A DNA stretch of 64,000 bases. Origin: Deltaproteobacteria bacterium. GTDB lineage: Bacteria; CG2-30-53-67. Below the pieces are notes generated by a model, which saw nothing but the letters and a program-made list of their open reading frames with translations, ran no database searches and had not been told where the DNA came from. Shown here one piece after another: positions 60,388-64,000 of this stretch. Where the stretch lies: the NCBI GenBank assembly GCA_013151235.1, contig JAADIO010000033.1, positions 1 through 64,000 on the forward strand. The letters run 5' to 3'. Position numbers and translations under genes: made by a program. How positions within the stretch are numbered: the first letter of the stretch is position 1; each line of letters opens with the position of its first letter.

Positions 60388-61683
60388 TTACTCCCCGAAG
60401 ACCCGCTGAAAGATCGTATCCACATGGCGCAGGTAGAACTGCAGGTCGAAGCAGCCTTCGATCTCCTGCGCGTCAAGATGCTTCCTGACCCCCTCGTCGG
60501 AGAGAAGCAGGGCCTTGAAGTCCTCCCCTTCGTTCCAGGCCCGCATGGCGTTCCGCTGCACCAGGGCATAAGACTCCTCCCGCGAAACCCCCTTCGAGGC
60601 AAGGGCCAGAAGAACCCGCTGGGAAAAGACAAGCCCCCGTGTCCGCCCGATGTTCTCCTGCATCCGCTCCGGGTAGACGATCAGGTTTTCCACAACGCCG
60701 CAGAGCCGGTTCAGCATGTAATCGATCAGGATCGTACTGTCGGGGAAGATCACCCTCTCGACCGAAGAGTGGCTGATATCCCGCTCATGCCAGAGGGCGT
60801 TGTTCTCCATCGCAGCCAATGCATTGGAGCGGATCACACGGGCCAGCCCGCAGAGATTTTCCGAGGCGATCGGATTTCTCTTGTGCGGCATGGCGGAGGA
60901 CCCTTTCTGTCCCTTCGAGAAATACTCTTCCGCCTCTCCAACCTCCGTCCGCTGGAGATGCCGGATCTCGAGGGCGATTTTTTCGATCATGGTGGCGATC
61001 AGCGCAAGGGCGTTCATATATTCGGCATGACGGTCCCGCTGGATGACCTGCGTGCTGACCCCGGCCGGTTTCAGCCCCGCCTTCTCGCAGACGTAGGCCT
61101 CAACGTCCGGGTCGATCTGGGCGAAGTTCCCCACGGCGCCGGAGATCATTCCGTAGGAGATGTTTTCCACGGCATGGTCGAAACGGCGGAGATTCCGCCC
61201 CGCCTCTTCATACCAGAGCGCCGGCTTGAGGCCGAAGGAGGTCGGCTCCGCATGGATGCCGTGGGAACGTCCGATCTGGACCGTATCTTTGTGTTCCAGG
61301 GCGCGCCGCTTCAGGATGTCCCGAAGGCGTGTCAGATCCTGACGGATGATCTGCGATGCCTCCCGGATCTGAAGAGCAAACCCGGTGTCGAGGATATCCG
61401 ACGAGGTCATCCCCATGTGCATGTAGGCCGAGTCATCGCCGATATACTCGGCCACGCTGGTCAGGAAGGCGATCACGTCATGCTTGACGGTCTTCTCGAT
61501 CTCAAGGATCCGGTCGACGTCGAAGGAGGCCTTCTTCCGGATCCGTTCCATTGCCTCCTGCGGGATACGTCCCTGTTTTGCATGGGCCTCACAGGCCAGC
61601 AGCTCCACTTCCAGCCATTTGGCATATTTGTTCTGCAGTACCCAGATTTTGCTCATTTCAGGTCGTGCATATCGGTCAATCAT
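60388..61683 (-). CDS. purB: Adenylosuccinate lyase
   Basis: MIDRY, KHDVIAF, GRSHGIHAEP, GSSAMPHKRNP. Confidence 0.98.
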   Translation of the reverse strand: MIDRYARPEMSKIWVLQNKYAKWLEVELLACEAHAKQGRIPQEAMERIRKKASFDVDRILEIEKTVKHDVIAFLTSVAEYIGDDSAYMHMGMTSSDILDTGFALQIREASQIIRQDLTRLRDILKRRALEHKDTVQIGRSHGIHAEPTSFGLKPALWYEEAGRNLRRFDHAVENISYGMISGAVGNFAQIDPDVEAYVCEKAGLKPAGVSTQVIQRDRHAEYMNALALIATMIEKIALEIRHLQRTEVGEAEEYFSKGQKGSSAMPHKRNPIASENLCGLARVIRSNALAAMENNALWHERDISHSSVERVIFPDSTILIDYMLNRLCGVVENLIVYPERMQENIGRTRGLVFSQRVLLALASKGVSREESYALVQRNAMRAWNEGEDFKALLLSDEGVRKHLDAQEIEGCFDLQFYLRHVDTIFQRVFGE

Positions 61684-61700
61684 CTCTTGCGTAATATCCT

Positions 61701-62474
61701 TTATCTGCCGTGAGTGAGTCGGTTAACGAAAAAAGAGGGCATATTCACTGCCCTCATCTTCTCCTGGGTGATCCGAAAGTTATATAAAACACGATGGAAG
61801 GAAAGACTCTTTTCCCGGTGATCGTAGAGTACATAGGCGGCATCGGGATTCCCGTCACGGGACTGCCCCACGCTTCCGACGTTGACAATATAGCGGAACG
61901 TTTCATGAAATGTCAACAACCTTTCTTGGGTGATCGTGACTTTTTCCCCGTCCCATACGAAAGTCATCGGCCGGTGCGTGTGACCGCAAAGACAGATCGG
62001 AGTATCGAAGAAACCGAACTGTTCCGCAGCCCCGGTTTCCTCGACAACATAGTCCCAATCCGGTGGGGTACGGGGCGCTGCATGAACGAGGAAGAGGTCC
62101 TCCTCCCGCACGGTCATCGGCATGACGGAGAGCTTTTCCCGATTCGCAGCGGTCAGGACCGATCGGGTCCACCGGATTGCCTCCTGCGCCAGGGGATTGA
62201 AGGAGGAGAGATCACTCTCATTAAGCACCCCGGAATCGTGATTCCCCATGACAACAACATCCGCCGCTTCAAAGATTCGTTCCACACACGCATTCGGATC
62301 GGGACCATACCCGACGGCATCCCCGGCAAAAAGGATCCGGTCCGGCGCCTCCCGCCGGATTGCATCCAAAACGACGGTCAGGGCTTCAAGATTGCTGTGA
62401 ACATCTGAAAAAACGGCGACACGCAACGATTCTGTTTCCTTCCGCTTTGTAATGATTTTTCGGCCTGCCTGCAT
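61701..62474 (-). CDS. Calcineurin-like metallophosphoesterase
   Basis: SDVHSN, GDAVGYG, GNHD, GHTH, NVGSVGQSRDG; start uncertain. Confidence 0.92.
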   Translation of the reverse strand: MQAGRKIITKRKETESLRVAVFSDVHSNLEALTVVLDAIRREAPDRILFAGDAVGYGPDPNACVERIFEAADVVVMGNHDSGVLNESDLSSFNPLAQEAIRWTRSVLTAANREKLSVMPMTVREEDLFLVHAAPRTPPDWDYVVEETGAAEQFGFFDTPICLCGHTHRPMTFVWDGEKVTITQERLLTFHETFRYIVNVGSVGQSRDGNPDAAYVLYDHREKSLSFHRVLYNFRITQEKMRAVNMPSFFVNRLTHGR

Positions 62475-62548
62475 ACATGCGTCAGCGGAAATGCCGCCGG
62501 GGGCCTGCCGGTTTCAATCGGGGCAGAACCCTTTCGGCGTGGGTGCCG

Positions 62549-62974
62549 TCACCCCCTTCGGGTCGTACCCGCCGACTTCCGAATCAGGCGGTCCAGGAGC
62601 CCGTTGACAAAGGCACCTGAATCCTCCCCGCCGTACTGTTTGGCCATCTCAATCGCCTCGTCGACGGCGACCTTGTCGGGGATGTCGTCGCGGAAAAGGA
62701 TTTCACAGACGGCAATCCGGAGAATCGACTTGTCGACCAGAGAAAGCCTGTTGATCTTCCAGTGAAGGGCCAGTTCCTCGATCGTCCCGTCGATCTCCTT
62801 TAAATGATTCAGCGTCTCCTTGAAAATCGACTCGGCATAATCGAGAATGTCGGGGTGAAGCTTCGGATGTTCCCCGCAAAACTCGGTCAAAAGTTCCGCC
62901 GCAGGCTCTTTCCGGATTTCGTACTGGTACAGCAGTTGCAGCACCAGAATGCGGCTCTTGCGTCGTTTTCCCAT
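62549..62974 (-). CDS. nusB: Transcription antitermination factor
   Basis: RRKSR..LQLLYQ, VAVDEAIEMAK, FVNGLLD. Confidence 0.97.
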   Translation of the reverse strand: MGKRRKSRILVLQLLYQYEIRKEPAAELLTEFCGEHPKLHPDILDYAESIFKETLNHLKEIDGTIEELALHWKINRLSLVDKSILRIAVCEILFRDDIPDKVAVDEAIEMAKQYGGEDSGAFVNGLLDRLIRKSAGTTRRG

Positions 62975-63038
62975 GATGTTTTCCGTTTCCGCACGTTAAT
63001 AGATTGATCGACGGTTTTGCAGGAATTCCGACGGTTCT

Positions 63039-63509
63039 TTATTGGGTCATCCGTCGATAGAGATTCACCATCTCGATGGCACCGAGGGTCACGTCCGCCC
63101 CCTTGTTCCCGGCCTTGGTCCCGGCCCGTTCGATCGCCTGTTCAATGGAGTCGGTCGTGAGGATCCCGAACATGACCGGAATCGATGCCGACAGAGCCAC
63201 CGCTGCAACCCCTTTGCTTGCCTCCGCTGCAACATAGTCAAAATGAGGGGTCGCACCCCGGATCACCGCACCGAGACAGATCACCGCATCGTAGCGCTTT
63301 TTTTTCGCCATAATCTTCGCTGCAAAGGGGATCTCGAAGGCCCCCGGGACCTTGACGATGTCGATATCCCCATCGGCGGCACCGTGCCGTTTCAGGACAT
63401 CGAGCGCCCCCTCGACCAGTTTGGATGTAATGAAATCATTGAATCGACTGACGACGATCCCGAATTTGAACCCCTCGGCCTGCAAGGCCCCTTCAATAAT
63501 GTTCGGCAT
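63039..63509 (-). CDS. ribH: Lumazine synthase
   Basis: [27 protein letters not shown]. Confidence 0.98.
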   Translation of the reverse strand: MPNIIEGALQAEGFKFGIVVSRFNDFITSKLVEGALDVLKRHGAADGDIDIVKVPGAFEIPFAAKIMAKKKRYDAVICLGAVIRGATPHFDYVAAEASKGVAAVALSASIPVMFGILTTDSIEQAIERAGTKAGNKGADVTLGAIEMVNLYRRMTQ

Positions 63510-63563
63510 GGTTCCTCCTATTGTTTTGACTGAATGCCGCCGGCGGCTGCTGAGAGCCGATCT

Positions 63564-64000
63564 TCATATCTGTTCCAGGAAATGGCCCATCTTCTCTTTC
63601 TTCGTTTTCAGATATTCAACATTGCATTTCCTCGACTTCATTTCAATGGGAACACGTTCCTGAATCTCCAGGTCATACCCTTTGAGACCGATGATTTTCT
63701 TCGGGTTGTTGGTTAACAGCCGGATTTTATGGACGCCTAAATCTACGAGAATCTGGGCTCCGATTCCATAGTCCCTGAGGTCGGCTTTGAATCCGAGCTT
63801 TTCGTTGGCCTCCACCGTATCGAGTCCTTCATCCTGCAGGGCATAGGCGCGGATCTTGTTGGCCAGCCCGATCCCCCTCCCCTCCTGCCGCATATAAAGG
63901 AGCACCCCCTTCCCTTCCTCGTCGATCCGCTCCATTGCGGCATGGAGCTGATCCCCGCAGTCGCAGCGTTTAGACCCGAGCACATCGCCGGTAAGACACT
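63564..64000 (-). CDS. ribA: GTP cyclohydrolase II C-terminal part (probably bifunctional RibBA; 5' end outside window)
   Basis: [35 protein letters not shown]. Confidence 0.93.
   Translation of the reverse strand, partial: CLTGDVLGSKRCDCGDQLHAAMERIDEEGKGVLLYMRQEGRGIGLANKIRAYALQDEGLDTVEANEKLGFKADLRDYGIGAQILVDLGVHKIRLLTNNPKKIIGLKGYDLEIQERVPIEMKSRKCNVEYLKTKKEKMGHFLEQI

Noticed and set aside
60424-61713. 429-aa + strand ORF (also 19837-20997, 32680-33819, 50800-51867, 52830-53954, 55189-56145)
   Set aside because: Antisense shadows of purB, argS, icd, DUF62, mgtE and purF; no motifs; expected in GC-rich DNA

Overview
GC-rich chromosomal window from an anaerobic or microaerophilic Gram-negative bacterium; gene content resembles Desulfobacterota/Nitrospirota (inference). 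A canonical XerCD dif site lies at 9182-9209. Every protein gene I can support to its left is on + and every one to its right is on -, so the window probably spans the replication terminus. Left of dif: the 3' part of a reductive-type HAO-family multiheme cytochrome, an AlgE-like porin, a heme-c sensor two-component system and a Moco/Wco-riboswitch-led moaA-tauE-moeA-MOSC operon. Right of dif is mostly housekeeping: miaA-mutL, pmbA, argA-like GNAT, tRNA-Phe/tRNA-Gly, ubiX-mqnP, argS, ExeA-ATPase/TPR pair, Re-citrate synthase-icd-mdh-fumarase, recO-mgtE-era, purBCSQLF, nusB-ribH-ribBA. An accessory block of about 15 kb (35.8-50.6 kb) interrupts this. It holds an Rrf2 regulator, an IS remnant, a complete but rearranged cbb3 oxidase operon and a sigma54 module: an ArsC-like/PAS(Fe-S)/AAA+ activator, two -24/-12 promoters, a DUF3034 barrel, a receiver protein and a frameshifted NosL-like/beta-barrel fusion. 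This module is the best candidate for an undescribed system. Five related palindromic MITE/REP-like elements are scattered through the window. No CRISPR array, rRNA or prophage was seen. All calls come from reading the sequence; no database searches were run.
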